Source: Bryobacterales bacterium (GTDB lineage: Bacteria > Acidobacteriota > Terriglobia > Bryobacterales > UBA6623). Taken from it: a stretch of DNA of 64,000 nucleotides. Of the stretch, positions 1 through 10,071 are shown one piece after another. A program made the translations under genes and the position numbers. Numbering within the stretch: position 1 is the stretch's first letter; the number at the start of each line of letters is the position of its first letter. The stretch is from assembly GCA_963422375.2 (NCBI GenBank), contig OY729428.2, positions 1,568,001-1,632,000 of the forward strand, written 5' to 3'. Below the pieces are notes generated by a model, which worked only from the letters and a program-made list of their open reading frames with translations, ran no database searches and had not been told where the DNA came from.

Positions 1-602
1 TCCAGCCTATCGAACCTATCTTGAGTCGCCTTCTCCTGCGCCTCGAACCTGGCTTGCGTCTTCTCTTCCAGCGCCTCGAACCTATCTTCGGTCGCCTTCT
101 CCTGCGTCTCGAACCTAGCCCGCGTCTTCTCTTCCAGCGCTTCGAACCCAGCTTGGGTGGATTGCTCCAACTTGACCTGCGCCTCGCGAAGCCCCCGCAT
201 CTCCTGCCCTTGGGCCTCGAATTTAGCTTCCGTCACCCTCTCTTGGGATCTGAATCCGGCGCTCGTCTCCGACCGCCAAGCTTCGAGCAAGCTCCTGAGC
301 TCTCTGTACTGAGAGTCTTGGCGCAGGCTCAGCGCATTGATCAATCCACGGGTCTCCGACTGCCACCCTTCCAGTAACGTGGTCAGATTCCTGTACTGGT
401 CGGCCTGCTCTTGGAGTCTGTCTTCGACGGCAGAGATCCGGCCAATCAGCCGACCTTCAAGCTTGCTGGTCTTGTTGTCGACAATTCTCCCGAAGACCGC
501 TTCCAAGTCCCGCTCCTCGTGAGGTTCTTGGTCCGCGGGAGAGTCGTCCACGAGATATGGCTGCTGCAGTGCGACTCTCTCGTCATCGGGAGGCTCGAGC
601 AT
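1..602 (-). CDS. Coiled-coil protein with 11-residue (33-bp) repeats, 3' end outside the window
   Basis: Hand translation of the minus strand from ATG 602 is stop-free to the window edge: MLEPPDDERV...QAGFEALEEKTRARFETQEKATEDRFEALEEKTQARFEAQEKATQDRFDRL. It is absent from the ORF track because it has no stop in the window. Confidence 0.7.
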   Translation of the reverse strand, partial: MLEPPDDERVALQQPYLVDDSPADQEPHEERDLEAVFGRIVDNKTSKLEGRLIGRISAVEDRLQEQADQYRNLTTLLEGWQSETRGLINALSLRQDSQYRELRSLLEAWRSETSAGFRSQERVTEAKFEAQGQEMRGLREAQVKLEQSTQAGFEALEEKTRARFETQEKATEDRFEALEEKTQARFEAQEKATQDRFDRL

Positions 603-935
603 CTCTTTCACAGTCTATCTCATCGTAACACATTAGAGTCGCGCACTTGGCGTGAGACCGGTCCTGACGCTTCTCGCCGCCGCTCAGCCGAATGGACCGG
701 TGTACCGAGAGCGTGCCCTGCGGTGCGCCATGCAGGCGGCGCGCTGTCTTACGGGCCGTTGTCCGAAGCTAGACGTCCGCCGCGCCACGCCGGTCTTCGT
801 CGGGCGGACTCAGCCGGCATTCTTGGATGGAGACCGACCGCTGCGGGGCGAAAAAAGGTCCGATCGTTGTGGCATCAGGAATCCGCGCCCTATTAGAGTT
901 CCGGGCCAGGGACGAAGGGAGGGGCCATAGTGATT

Positions 936-1979
936 CCTGATTACCCACAAGACTCAGCCAAGGTTAGGAGGCGGAAAGGCCTGGGCGGGGTGCGCACGGA
1001 GGCGTGGAGCAGGCGGGGGACCAGCGCCTCCAGGTGGTAGCGGCGGTTGAAGCGGTAGCGGAACTCGGCGAGGTAGCGCGGCAGGTGCTTGCCGTCGAGC
1101 GCATGGCAGGTTCCCGCCAGGGACTGCTTGACGTTCGCCGGCATCGTGTTGACCCGGAAGAAGCGGGAATCCCCGCAGCTCCGCTGCCCGCCTCCGGTGA
1201 CGGTCGGCACGTGCTCGCAGCCGGCGCCGGCCACGCCCCGGAAGCAGGCCGGGCCGTCGGAATGCACCTCCGTGCCGGGCTGCAAGTGCCGCCCGGCCCA
1301 CGCTGCCAGCGTCTTCTTGCGCAAGCCCGCCACGCTGCTCATGCGCATCCTTGCCGGCTGGCCGTCGGCGCTGACCTGCACGGCGGCGACGAACGGCGTC
1401 TTGCCCGCCGCGCCGCGACCGCGCTTGCCGCCGGTCCGCTCCCCGCCCCAGCAGGCGTCGTCCACCTGCACGATGCCGCCCGGCGGCACGCGCTCGTCGC
1501 GCTCCTTCATCACTTGCAAGAGCTTGTGCTTCACCTTCCAGGCCGTGTTCCGGCTGACCCCCAGCTGCCGCGCCAGTTCCAGCGACGAAACGCCGTGCTG
1601 GCCCTGCGTCAGCAGGTGGAGCGCCAGGAACCAGACGGTCAGCGGCAGCTGGGTGGCGGCGAAGATCGTGCCGGCGACGAGGGAGGTCTGGCGGTGGCAG
1701 GCATGACACTGCCAGAGCTTGCGGGAGCGGATGCGGCAGTGCCGTCAGGAGCCGCACTCCGGGCAGCGGAAGCCGTTCGTCCGCCGTCCGGCCAGCGGGC
1801 GTTGAAGACGGCGTGCTTGCATTGCCCCTCGCTGCCGTAGCGCTGCAGGAACTTGCCCAGGCTGAGTCCCTTCTGGAATTGCACGCGATTGCGTTTCATC
1901 TGCTAGCCCCTTTCCTGTCAGAGATTTCCGACCTCCTCCAGTATAGCATATCCTCGGCTGACGTTCGTTGGTAATCAGG
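936..1979 (-). mobile_element. IS1595-family element, type A, copy 1
   Basis: Terminal IRs CCTGATTACC.../...GGTAATCAGG; 8-bp TSD TAGTGATT at 928-935 and 1980-1987; near-identical to 9040-10071. Confidence 0.95.
941..1899 (-). pseudogene. IS1595 (ISXO2-like DDE) transposase, disrupted
   Basis: Zn-ribbon RWPDGFRCPECG, QVDDA, SDG and RYLAEFRYRFNRR motifs. An 11-bp insertion near 1775-1790 and an in-frame TGA (1745-1747) relative to copy 2. Confidence 0.9.
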
Positions 1980-2187
1980 TAGTGATTTGCAATCGACCTA
2001 TGAACATTCGGATTCGTTACCGCCGTGTAGAGCGACATTTCGAGGACTGTCTCTTCGCGGCCACCCTTCGAGGACGAGACTGCCAATGGCACGTGAATTA
2101 GTGGCTGCGATGCAGAGTCAGCCTGAGGCCACGCCACGGGAAATCCTTCGCGGCAGCGTGCCAATAACCTCCCTCGCTAGAGCGGGC

Positions 2188-3666
2188 TCACTCCTCGTTG
2201 TGCCACTCGATCTGGGGCAAATTCGTCGTGGGAGGGGTAGGCCAATGGTGGCCTCGCTGGCTGGAAAGGCCCTTGTTCGGTCCCGGACGGAACTCGCGAG
2301 CGGGTAGGCCCACGAGCTGTCCGTCGCGGACCCATTCCTCGTCTCCGCCGTAGAGCTGGCCAACTAGGAGCTCCGTCAGTCCTTGCAGCATTTCGTGGAA
2401 TTCTGCGCGACCTGACAGTTCTTGGATTTCGAGCGGGTCGCTCTCCACGTCGAAGAGCTGGGTCACGTTCCCTGCCGGGTAGTAAATCAGTTTGAAACGC
2501 CCTTGACGAAGCATCCGCGTTGCGTGGCGGCCCTCGCCGACCTCGCCGTACAGCCAATCGCGCTTGCGTTCCCCGACCATGGAATGGCCCTCGACGCTGG
2601 CGGGGATCTCGATCCCAGCGAGGTCCAGCAAGGTCGGCATCACGTCCTGCCACGCGACGATGCGGTTTGCGATGCGACGATGCCCTACGCGAGGGTCTCC
2701 GGAAGCGCCGACCAAGATCAGGGGAATGTTCGCGGACGGCTCGTAGAACAGCCTCTTGGCCCAGAGCCCGTGTCGTCCGAGCATGTCCCCGTGGTCCGAA
2801 GTGAAGCAGATGACGGTGTTGTCGAGCAGATTCTCTTCGCGGAGTGTCCCGATCACCACCCGTAACTGGTGATCGATGTGGGTGCAGAGCGCGTAGAACG
2901 CGCCCATCGCGTCTCGAATCTGTCTCGCCCCTAGGTGAGCGCTTCGTCCTCTCACGGTCTGCAGGAGATAGGGCAACCCCTCTCGGCACCACCCGCCCTG
3001 CACGGGCCAGCGCAGCTCCTCGTGCCGGTACATGGCCCAGTAGGGCTCGAGAGGAACGAGGGGAGGGTGGGGGTGGCGGAAGGAGAGGTACCAGAATGCC
3101 GGCCTCTGAGGGTCGCGGCGCTTGATAGTTCGCACCATCTGCTGCGCCGCCCAGTTCGTCGCGTGCAGATCCTCGGAAAGGTGCCACGGTCGAACGGCAT
3201 AGTCGTTGTTGCTCATGCCGTGGTCGAACTGTTGGCCCACCCAGCCCCGGTCGCCTAGGAACGCTTCGTAATCGTCGATCACCCCGTACTGAGTCCGACC
3301 CTCCTCGTCGAGGATTACGTCGTCGAAGCCAACCCGGTTGCGCTGAGGGTATACGTGCAGCTTGCCTACAGCGTAGGCCTGATATCCCGCATCCCGAAAG
3401 GTCTGCGCCATGGTGGGCAGGGCGGGCATCGGCTTTGTCTCGCCGAAATCGCGGTCCCCGTGAGTTCGCGGGCTCGCTCCGGTCATGAGCGTCCGCCGCG
3501 CCGGGATACAGACGGGACATTCGGCATAGGCATTCCGGAATCGCACTCCGCTGCGGGCCAGTTCGTCCAATGTTGGTGTCAGGATGTCGGGATGACCGGC
3601 CTCGCCAAGCAGGTCGGCGGGCCAGTGATCGGTGGAAACCAGCAGGACGTTAGGGCGCATGGCCAT
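2188..3666 (-). CDS. Sulfatase (choline-sulfatase/arylsulfatase-like)
   Basis: RPNVLLVSTDHW, formylglycine motif CIPARRTLMTG, GKLH and SDHGDMLG. Confidence 0.92.
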   Translation of the reverse strand: MAMRPNVLLVSTDHWPADLLGEAGHPDILTPTLDELARSGVRFRNAYAECPVCIPARRTLMTGASPRTHGDRDFGETKPMPALPTMAQTFRDAGYQAYAVGKLHVYPQRNRVGFDDVILDEEGRTQYGVIDDYEAFLGDRGWVGQQFDHGMSNNDYAVRPWHLSEDLHATNWAAQQMVRTIKRRDPQRPAFWYLSFRHPHPPLVPLEPYWAMYRHEELRWPVQGGWCREGLPYLLQTVRGRSAHLGARQIRDAMGAFYALCTHIDHQLRVVIGTLREENLLDNTVICFTSDHGDMLGRHGLWAKRLFYEPSANIPLILVGASGDPRVGHRRIANRIVAWQDVMPTLLDLAGIEIPASVEGHSMVGERKRDWLYGEVGEGRHATRMLRQGRFKLIYYPAGNVTQLFDVESDPLEIQELSGRAEFHEMLQGLTELLVGQLYGGDEEWVRDGQLVGLPAREFRPGPNKGLSSQRGHHWPTPPTTNLPQIEWHNEE

Positions 3667-3726
3667 GGTCGGACCGTTCGACTTCGTTCGTGGCGCCGGG
3701 TTACCTACAGGGCGTTCCCCCGGGGC

Positions 3727-3821
3727 TGGCGGAAGCTAGTGGGAGTCGAACCCACCCTTGGCGCGGAGCACCAAACAACGGTTTTGAAGACCGGGCCCGA
3801 CACCGGCCGGGATTAGCTTCC
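3727..3821 (-). tRNA. selC: tRNA-Sec (anticodon UCA)
   Basis: Reverse complement GGAAGCTA...CCGGT-CTTCAAA-ACCG...GGTTCGACTCCCAC-TAGCTTCC-GCCA: 8-bp acceptor stem, 6-bp D stem, long variable arm, TCA anticodon, encoded CCA, 95 nt. Confidence 0.95.
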
Positions 3822-3852
3822 GTTGCCCGATTCTACCAGCAGATTGGCGCGG

Positions 3853-4914
3853 TCATGCGACGTGCGCGCCTTGGGCCTCGACATAGGCGGCATACAGGCT
3901 CTGGCTTGCCGTCATGAACAGACGGTTTCTCTTGGCGCCGCCGAAGCAGACGTTGGAGCAGATTTCCGGGAGCCTGATCAAGCCGATCCGAGCGCCGTCC
4001 GGGGCGAAGACATGCACGCCGTCGTAGCCGTCCCCTACCCATCCGGCCGAGGACCAGATGTTGCCGTCGGTGTCGCACCGAATGCCGTCGGCTTGGCCTG
4101 CCTGTTCGAATCCGTCCATGCGCATGGACGCGAAGCTCCGGCCCTTGCGAAGAGTGCCGCCGCCTTCCACGTCCCAGACCTTGATCTGGCGCTCGGCCTC
4201 CGGGTAGTGCGAGGCGCCGGTGTCGGCCACGTACAGCAGCTTGTAGTCGGGCGAGAAGCATAGACCATTGGGCTTGTAGATGTCGTCTGCGACGAGATCC
4301 ATCTTGCCGGTGGCTCCGTCAATGCGGTAGACGGCCTCCTTGACTTCCAGAGGCCCCTTGTTGCCCTCGTAGTGCATCAGGCTACCGTAGCCCGGGTCGG
4401 TGAACCAGATGTTCCCCTCGGGGTCGACAACGACGTCGTTCGGGGCGTTCAGGGGCTTGCCCTGCCACCGGTCTGCCAGCACGGTCACCGTTCCGTCGTG
4501 CTCGTAGCGCACCACGCGGCGATTGCCGTGCTCGCAGGAGAGCTGCCGGCCCGACCAGTCGAACGTGTTGCCGTTCGAGTTACCGGAGGGATTCCGGAAG
4601 ACGCTGACGTGTCCGTCCTCGTCCAGCCAGCGCATCTGCACGTTGTTCGGGATGTCGGAATAGACCAGATACCGTCCGACAGCGTTCCAAGCGGGGCCCT
4701 CCGCCCAGAGGGTGCCGACATGCAGCCTCTGGATGGGCGTGTTTCCGAGCTTGTACTTGTCGAAGCGCTGGTCCAGCGAAACGATGTCGGGATCGGGATA
4801 CCGCGTCGGGCTGGCGTTGGTCCAGTCGCGCTGCGCCAGCGCTTGGACGGAAGCCGCAGCCACGCCCGCGACCGAAGTCACGAAAGTGCGACGATTGATG
4901 GGATGCGATGCCAT
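3853..4914 (-). CDS. SMP-30/gluconolactonase family protein with Tat-like signal
   Basis: WAEGPAW, SDIPNN, NSNGNT, NAPND, PNGLCFSPD and ADGIRCDTDGN motifs; N-terminal NRRTFV twin-arginine signal from ATG 4914. Confidence 0.92.
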   Translation of the reverse strand: MASHPINRRTFVTSVAGVAAASVQALAQRDWTNASPTRYPDPDIVSLDQRFDKYKLGNTPIQRLHVGTLWAEGPAWNAVGRYLVYSDIPNNVQMRWLDEDGHVSVFRNPSGNSNGNTFDWSGRQLSCEHGNRRVVRYEHDGTVTVLADRWQGKPLNAPNDVVVDPEGNIWFTDPGYGSLMHYEGNKGPLEVKEAVYRIDGATGKMDLVADDIYKPNGLCFSPDYKLLYVADTGASHYPEAERQIKVWDVEGGGTLRKGRSFASMRMDGFEQAGQADGIRCDTDGNIWSSAGWVGDGYDGVHVFAPDGARIGLIRLPEICSNVCFGGAKRNRLFMTASQSLYAAYVEAQGAHVA

Positions 4915-5683
4915 TGCAATGCAACTGTACCAGATCGAACGTCTTGACGGCGAAGTACGCAAACCCGGTTGGTACAAGCGGGCGGGATCCAGCATGCCGG
5001 ACAGGCCAGGCTAGCCACGCCTTCGATGCCGGCCCCGGACAAACCAGCCGAGCACATCTCAGGGGACGGAGAAAGCCGCGATCGGAATCAGCCCGGCGTC
5101 GACTGGACCAGACCTCCGACGCCCGTGGTGTTCAACGCATTCCAAACCTCGTCACCGTACAGCATACGAATCAAATCGGCTGCGCATGTTGCACCAAGGG
5201 AGACCCTGCTGGTCCGACCGCAAGAATGACTTGCCAACTCTAGGCGAACCCTCGGCGGACGCATTTCGTCTTGGAGAAGGAAGATTCCGAATCGGGTTTA
5301 CCAAGGACCGACATTGATTGGCCGGATAACCGGTGGCACGACGGGACGACTAATTACGAAATATCGAGTTTCACACAATTCTTGAGAGCCTTAAAGAAGC
5401 CGGAATGTCACTTGAATCTGCGCTGCGACGCGAACTGCTCGACCATCCTTCATGCCTGGTGCGAACTTCCATTGCTTGATGGCTTCAATTGCCTTTTCGT
5501 CTAGACCGTGGCCCAAGGTGCGTAGTACACGGATGTTGTGAGCCTTTCCGTCTTCCCACGCCCATGCAACTCCGAAGTGCGACACGCGCCGAGCCACAAG
5601 ATGGCAGGGAGGGGAGAGGGGGGGCAGCGAGCGGTGGTGTGGCGGCAGTAGGCTGGTAGGTGCTGGAAGGAGCAGGGAGGCGG

Positions 5684-6742
5684 ATGCGGAAGAGCTACAC
5701 GCACGTGAGGCAGGAGGAGCGCTGCCGGAGCGAGACGCTGCGGGCGGCGGGCTGGGGAGCGGACAGGATCGCCGGGCAGCCGGGCCGCAAGCGGGCCACG
5801 ATCTACCGGGAAGTGGGCCGCAACGGCCGACCGGCGGAGGGCGAGCGCGCGGCGAGCTACAGCTTGGGGAGCGCGCAGGAGCGCGCGGAGCGGCGGCGGA
5901 GCGGCGGCGGCGCGCGGCGTCGTGCCGGCCGCGCCAGCTGACGTCGGCGCTGCGGACGCGGAGCGAGGACTGCCTGCGGCAGGACTGGAGCCCGGAGCAG
6001 GTCGCGGCGCGGCTGCAGCGGGAAGGGGCGCTGGAGATCAGCCCTGAACGGATCTACCAGCTGGTGCGCGCGGAGCGGCGGCAGGGGGGCCGGCTGTACC
6101 GGCACCCGAGGCAGGGCGGCCGCAAGCGCGTGCGGCGGGTCGGCCGGACGGCGGGCCGCGGCCTGATCCCGGGGCGCGCGGACATCGCGGAGCGCCCGGC
6201 GGAGGCGCGAGCGCAGGCGCGCGTCGGAGAGCGGGAGGTCGACACCGTGATCGGCGGGCAGCGCCGCGGGGCGCTGGTGACGCTGGTGGACCGGTTCTCC
6301 AAGTACCTGCTAGTGCAGCCGGTGAGCCGGCGCACGGCGCAGCTGGTCGGGGCGGCGATGACGGCCATGCTCGCAGGGAGCGGGGCCGTGACGCACACGC
6401 TCACGGCCGACAACGGCAAGGAGTTCGCGGCAAGGAGTTCGCGGCAAGGAGTTCGCGGCAAGGAGTTCGCGGGGCACCGGGAGGCACCGGGAGGTGGCGC
6501 AGCGGCTGGGGGCGGGCTTCTACTTCGCGCGGCCCTGCCACTCCTGGGAGCGCGGGCTGAACGAGCCTGCCAACGGGCTGCCGCGGCAGTACTGCCCGCA
6601 GGGGACGGACCTGCGGCGGGTGGACCCGGCCCGGGTGCGGGAGGCGCGGGACCGCCTGAACCGGCGTCCGCGGAAGGTGCCGGGCGGGCGCACGCCGGAG
6701 GAAGTCTTCCCGGCGGAGCGGGAGCGGGTGCCGCGGGGCTGA
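5684..6742 (+). pseudogene. IS30 transposase, multiply frameshifted
   Basis: HTH start MRKSYTHVRQEER...RATIYREVGRN, WSPEQV, EVDTVIG, LTADNGKEFA, HSWERGLNE and LNRRPRK motifs spread over several frames. Confidence 0.9.
6414..6492. repeat. Tandem 14-bp repeat x4 (CGGCAAGGAGTTCG) followed by a 10-bp duplication (GGCACCGGGA)
   Basis: Read directly: units start at 6414, 6428, 6442 and 6456; the 10-mers start at 6473 and 6483. Falls in the DNGKEF motif of the IS30 transposase. Confidence 0.95.
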
Positions 6743-7305
6743 GGCAGGGCTGGCAGCCCGCCGCGGGGACAGGGGCGCGGGGGAGCTGCGCCCGGACAGG
6801 CCCGGAGGGTCCCCGTTCCGGAAACGGGGCACGCATGCCCGCCTGCCCGGGACGCGGCCCCCGCTTCGGCCCGGCAGCGGCTTGTCCGGCGCCGCTGGAT
6901 CTGCTACTGTGGTCCTAGTATCCCAGCCCACCGCCCCTTACCCGCGTGTCGCACTTCGGAGTTGAATGGGCGCCAAATTTCAACTGCCAGCATCACCGTG
7001 CCCTGAATCTTGGCTTTGCGTGCTTGTTCGGAATACTCTGGTTCCACTTTGAACAGGAGGCGGGGACTAGTGACAGATCCGCCAATGGTATGCCCATTAG
7101 GAGGGTCTGTTACAGAATTCGTCCCGCTATCCGGTGTTTCTATAGTACCGTCATCCGGCAGGATCACCAATGTCACAAGTACCTTCGGACCGCCGTCTCG
7201 ACGAGCCACGTCATTCGAAAGGGAATTATATATCTGAGTGCCGAGGCAACCGATTTTGCAAATTATCAGTCCATAAATTAATTTCATATTTCTTCCGGAG
7301 ATCTG

Positions 7306-7335
7306 TTGACAGTTGGTGGATTATTTTGGTAGAAT
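7306..7335 (+). promoter_or_regulatory. Sigma70-like promoter of the IS1595-B transposase
   Basis: TTGACA-18 bp-TAGAAT with an extended TG. Both hexamers and the spacing are conserved in the copy at 42568-42597 although the spacer sequence differs. Confidence 0.65.
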
Positions 7336-7358
7336 AGTTCCAATATATGAGGTCGTCT

Positions 7359-8315
7359 ATGAAGCAGAAAGGTCCCGGGAAGTGGTTTCGTAAAGGCATC
7401 ACTATGATTGAAGTGATCGCCATGTTCCGCGATGACGAATCCGCGGAAAAGTGGTTCGCCTCCATGCGCTGGCCGGACGGTCCGGTATGCCCCCACTGCC
7501 GCGGCTCCAGCGTGCAGTCCGGCACGGCCCACCCTTCGATGCCGTACCGTTGCCGCGGCTGCGGCAAGCGCTTTTCGGTGCGCACCGGCAGCGTGATGGC
7601 CGACACCAAGCTCGGCTACCGCACCTGGGCCGTCGCCCTGTTCCTGCCGACCACCGGCATCAAGGGTGTCTCGAGCATGAAGCTGCACCGCGACCTAGGC
7701 ATCAGCCGGAAGTCGGCCTGGCACCTGGCGCACCGCATCCGCGCGTGCTGGGAGCGGGATCAGGGCCTGTTCGCCGGCCCGGTGGAGGTGGACGAGACCT
7801 ACGTCGGCGGCAAGGAGCGCAACAAGCACGAGAGCAAGAAGGCCCGCGCCGGGCGCGGGCCCGTCGGCAAGACGCCCGTGGCGGGGGCGCGGGACCGCGC
7901 CACGAACGCAGTGGCCGCGCGGCCGCTGCCGGGCACCGCCAAGGGCGACCTGCAGGGCTTCGTGCGCGGCCGGGTCGCGCCGGGGGCGCAGGTCCGCTCC
8001 GACGAGGCGGCGGCCTGCGCCGGCATGGAGGAGTTCTCGCACGAAGCCGTCAGGCACTCCGGCGGCGAGTACGTGCGCGGGGCGGCGCATACGAACGGCA
8101 TCGAGTCGTTTTGGTCCCTGTTCAAGCGCGGCCTGTACGGCACCTATCACCGGATGAGCGTCCGTCATCTCGGCCGCTACCTGACGGAGTTCGCGGGACG
8201 GTGCAACGACCGCGACTGCGACACGGCGGAACGGATGCGGCGCATGGCGCGGGGCCTGGTCGGCCGGACGCTGACCTGCCGGCAGCTGACCGGCAAGGCC
8301 GCGGTCGCGGCCCGA
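7359..8315 (+). CDS. IS1595 transposase (type B); native stop mutated so the frame reads through to 8933
   Basis: RWPDGPVCPHC, VEVDETYVGGKERNKH, HTNGIESFWSLFKRG. CGA at 8313-8315 corresponds to TGA in the other two copies (23993-23995, 43586-43588). Confidence 0.88.
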
Positions 8316-9039
8316 GCGGCGCCCTCCGAGCTGAGCGCCGCAGCCCGCTGCCGACGCACTCTTCACGCTCGATGCGCTTCACGCTCGGTGCGCGGGTCGC
8401 GCCGGCTCTGGAATCCCCCGGCGCGACCCGCGTCCGGCCCGGCCCGTCCATGCAGGCCGTCGAGCGCCGGGGATCCGCTGTCTTCGGCCCTCGGAGGGCA
8501 CGCAATCAGCTTGCAAGGGGCGCCCTCCACCGCCAACCGGATTCCACCAGGCATGCGAGAGGGCCTCTCTAATCCGTGCCTCGTCCATTCCGCTGGCAGG
8601 CTCGATTCAGATACGATCCCACTTTTCCGTGCCTACCGCGGCCGCATTCGAATGACCCCAGCCAGACGCCGACCTCCCTGCTCAGAGCAGTTCTCGTCGG
8701 ACATGGCGTTGTCGGCACTCAGATATATAATTCCCATTCGAAAGACCTTGGGAAAACGGAATGACAGTCAATTCACCGCTGTATGTGCCGGGAACAAGCC
8801 CAATACCACTAGCGCTAACTCCTACTGTCGAAACTCCGTCTCCCGCAATGGATTGACCTTGTGGATAGGCACGAAGCCACCCTTGGTTGGAATCAAGGTA
8901 ATAATTTGTCGATCCCTGACCCTCGTGAACTAGAGTGACTTGCTGTTGAGGTGCTTCACGCCCCAACAAGGAGACGAAGGTCAACGCTCTGGATATCACT
9001 TGGGTCACTCTTGAGGGTGGGCTAGAATCCATTCGGATA

Positions 9040-10071
9040 CCTGATTACCAACGAACGTCAGCCGAGGATATGCTATACTGAAGGAGGTCGGAAATCTCTG
9101 ATAGGAAAGGGGATAGCAGATGAAAAGCAATCGCGTGCAATTCCAGCAGGGACTCAGCCTGGGCAAGTTCCTGCAGCGCTACGGCAGCGAGGGGCCATGC
9201 GAGCACGCCGTCTTCAAGGCCCGCTGGCCGGACGGCTTCCGCTGCCCGGAGTGCGGCTCCCGGCGGCACTGCCGCATCCGCTCCCGCAAGCTCTGGCAGT
9301 GCCATGCCTGCCACCGCCGGACCTCCCTCGTCGCCGGCACGATCTTGGCCGCCACCAAGCTGCCGCTGACCGTCCGGTTCCTGGCGCTTCACCTGCTGAC
9401 GCAGGGCAAGCACGGCGTTTCGTCGCTGGAACTGGCGCGGCAGCCGGGGGTCAGCCGGAACACGGCCTGGAAGATGAAGCACAAGCTCTTGCAAGTGATG
9501 AAGGAGCGCGACGAGCGCCTGCCGCTGGGCGGCATCGTGCAGGTGGACGACGCTTACTGGGGCGGGGAGCGGACCGGCGGCAAGCGCGGTCGCGGCGCGG
9601 CGGGCAAGACGCCGTTCGTGGCCGCCGTGCAGGTCACCGCCGCCGGCCAGCCGGCAAGGATGCGCCTGAGCAGCGTGGCGGGCTTGCGCAAGAAGACGCT
9701 GGCAGCGTGGGCCGGGCGGCACTTGCAGCCCGGCACGGAGGTGCATTCCGACGGCTTGGCCTGCTTCCGGGGCGTGGCCGACGCCGGCTGCGAGCACGTG
9801 CCGGCCGTCACCGGAGGCGGGCAGCGGAGCTGCGGGGATTCCCGCTTCGTCCGGGTCAGCACGATGCTGGCGAACGTCAAGCAGTCCCTGGCGGGAACCT
9901 GCCATGCGCTCGACGGCAAGCACCTGCCGCGCTACCTCGCCGAGTTCCGCTACCGCTTCAACCGCCGCTACGATCCGGAGGCGCTGGTCCCCCGCCTGCT
10001 CCACGCCTCCGTGCGCACCCCGCCCAGGCCTTACCGCCTCCTAACCTTGGCGGAGTCTTGGGGTAATCAGG
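9040..10071 (+). mobile_element. IS1595-family element, type A, copy 2
   Basis: IRs CCTGATTACC / GGTAATCAGG; 8-bp TSD TTCGGATA (9032-9039, 10072-10079). Confidence 0.96.

Larger units (their letters stand above)
5559..6972 (+). mobile_element. IS30-family element
   Basis: ~30-bp IRs CGCCCATGCAACTCCGAAGTGCGACACGCG / CGCGTGTCGCACTTCGGAGTTGAATGGGCG; 3-bp TSD CCA (5556-5558, 6973-6975). Confidence 0.93.
7221..8735 (+). mobile_element. IS1595-family element, type B, copy 1
   Basis: 24-bp IRs GGGAATTATATATCTGAGTGCCGA; 8-bp TSD ATTCGAAA (7213-7220, 8736-8743). Confidence 0.96.

Noticed and set aside
632..899. 8-bp direct repeat ATTAGAGT (632, 892) as the TSD of a MITE
   Set aside because: There are no convincing terminal inverted repeats inside it and no second copy in the window.
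6414..6470. Regular short repeats as a possible CRISPR array
   Set aside because: The 14-bp units are directly adjacent with no spacers and lie inside a transposase; no cas genes or spaced repeats were seen anywhere in the window.
7347..8933. 528-aa ORF as a transposase with an extra C-terminal domain
   Set aside because: The extension results from a TGA->CGA change at 8313; sister copies stop there, and the ORF runs through the IR into flanking DNA.
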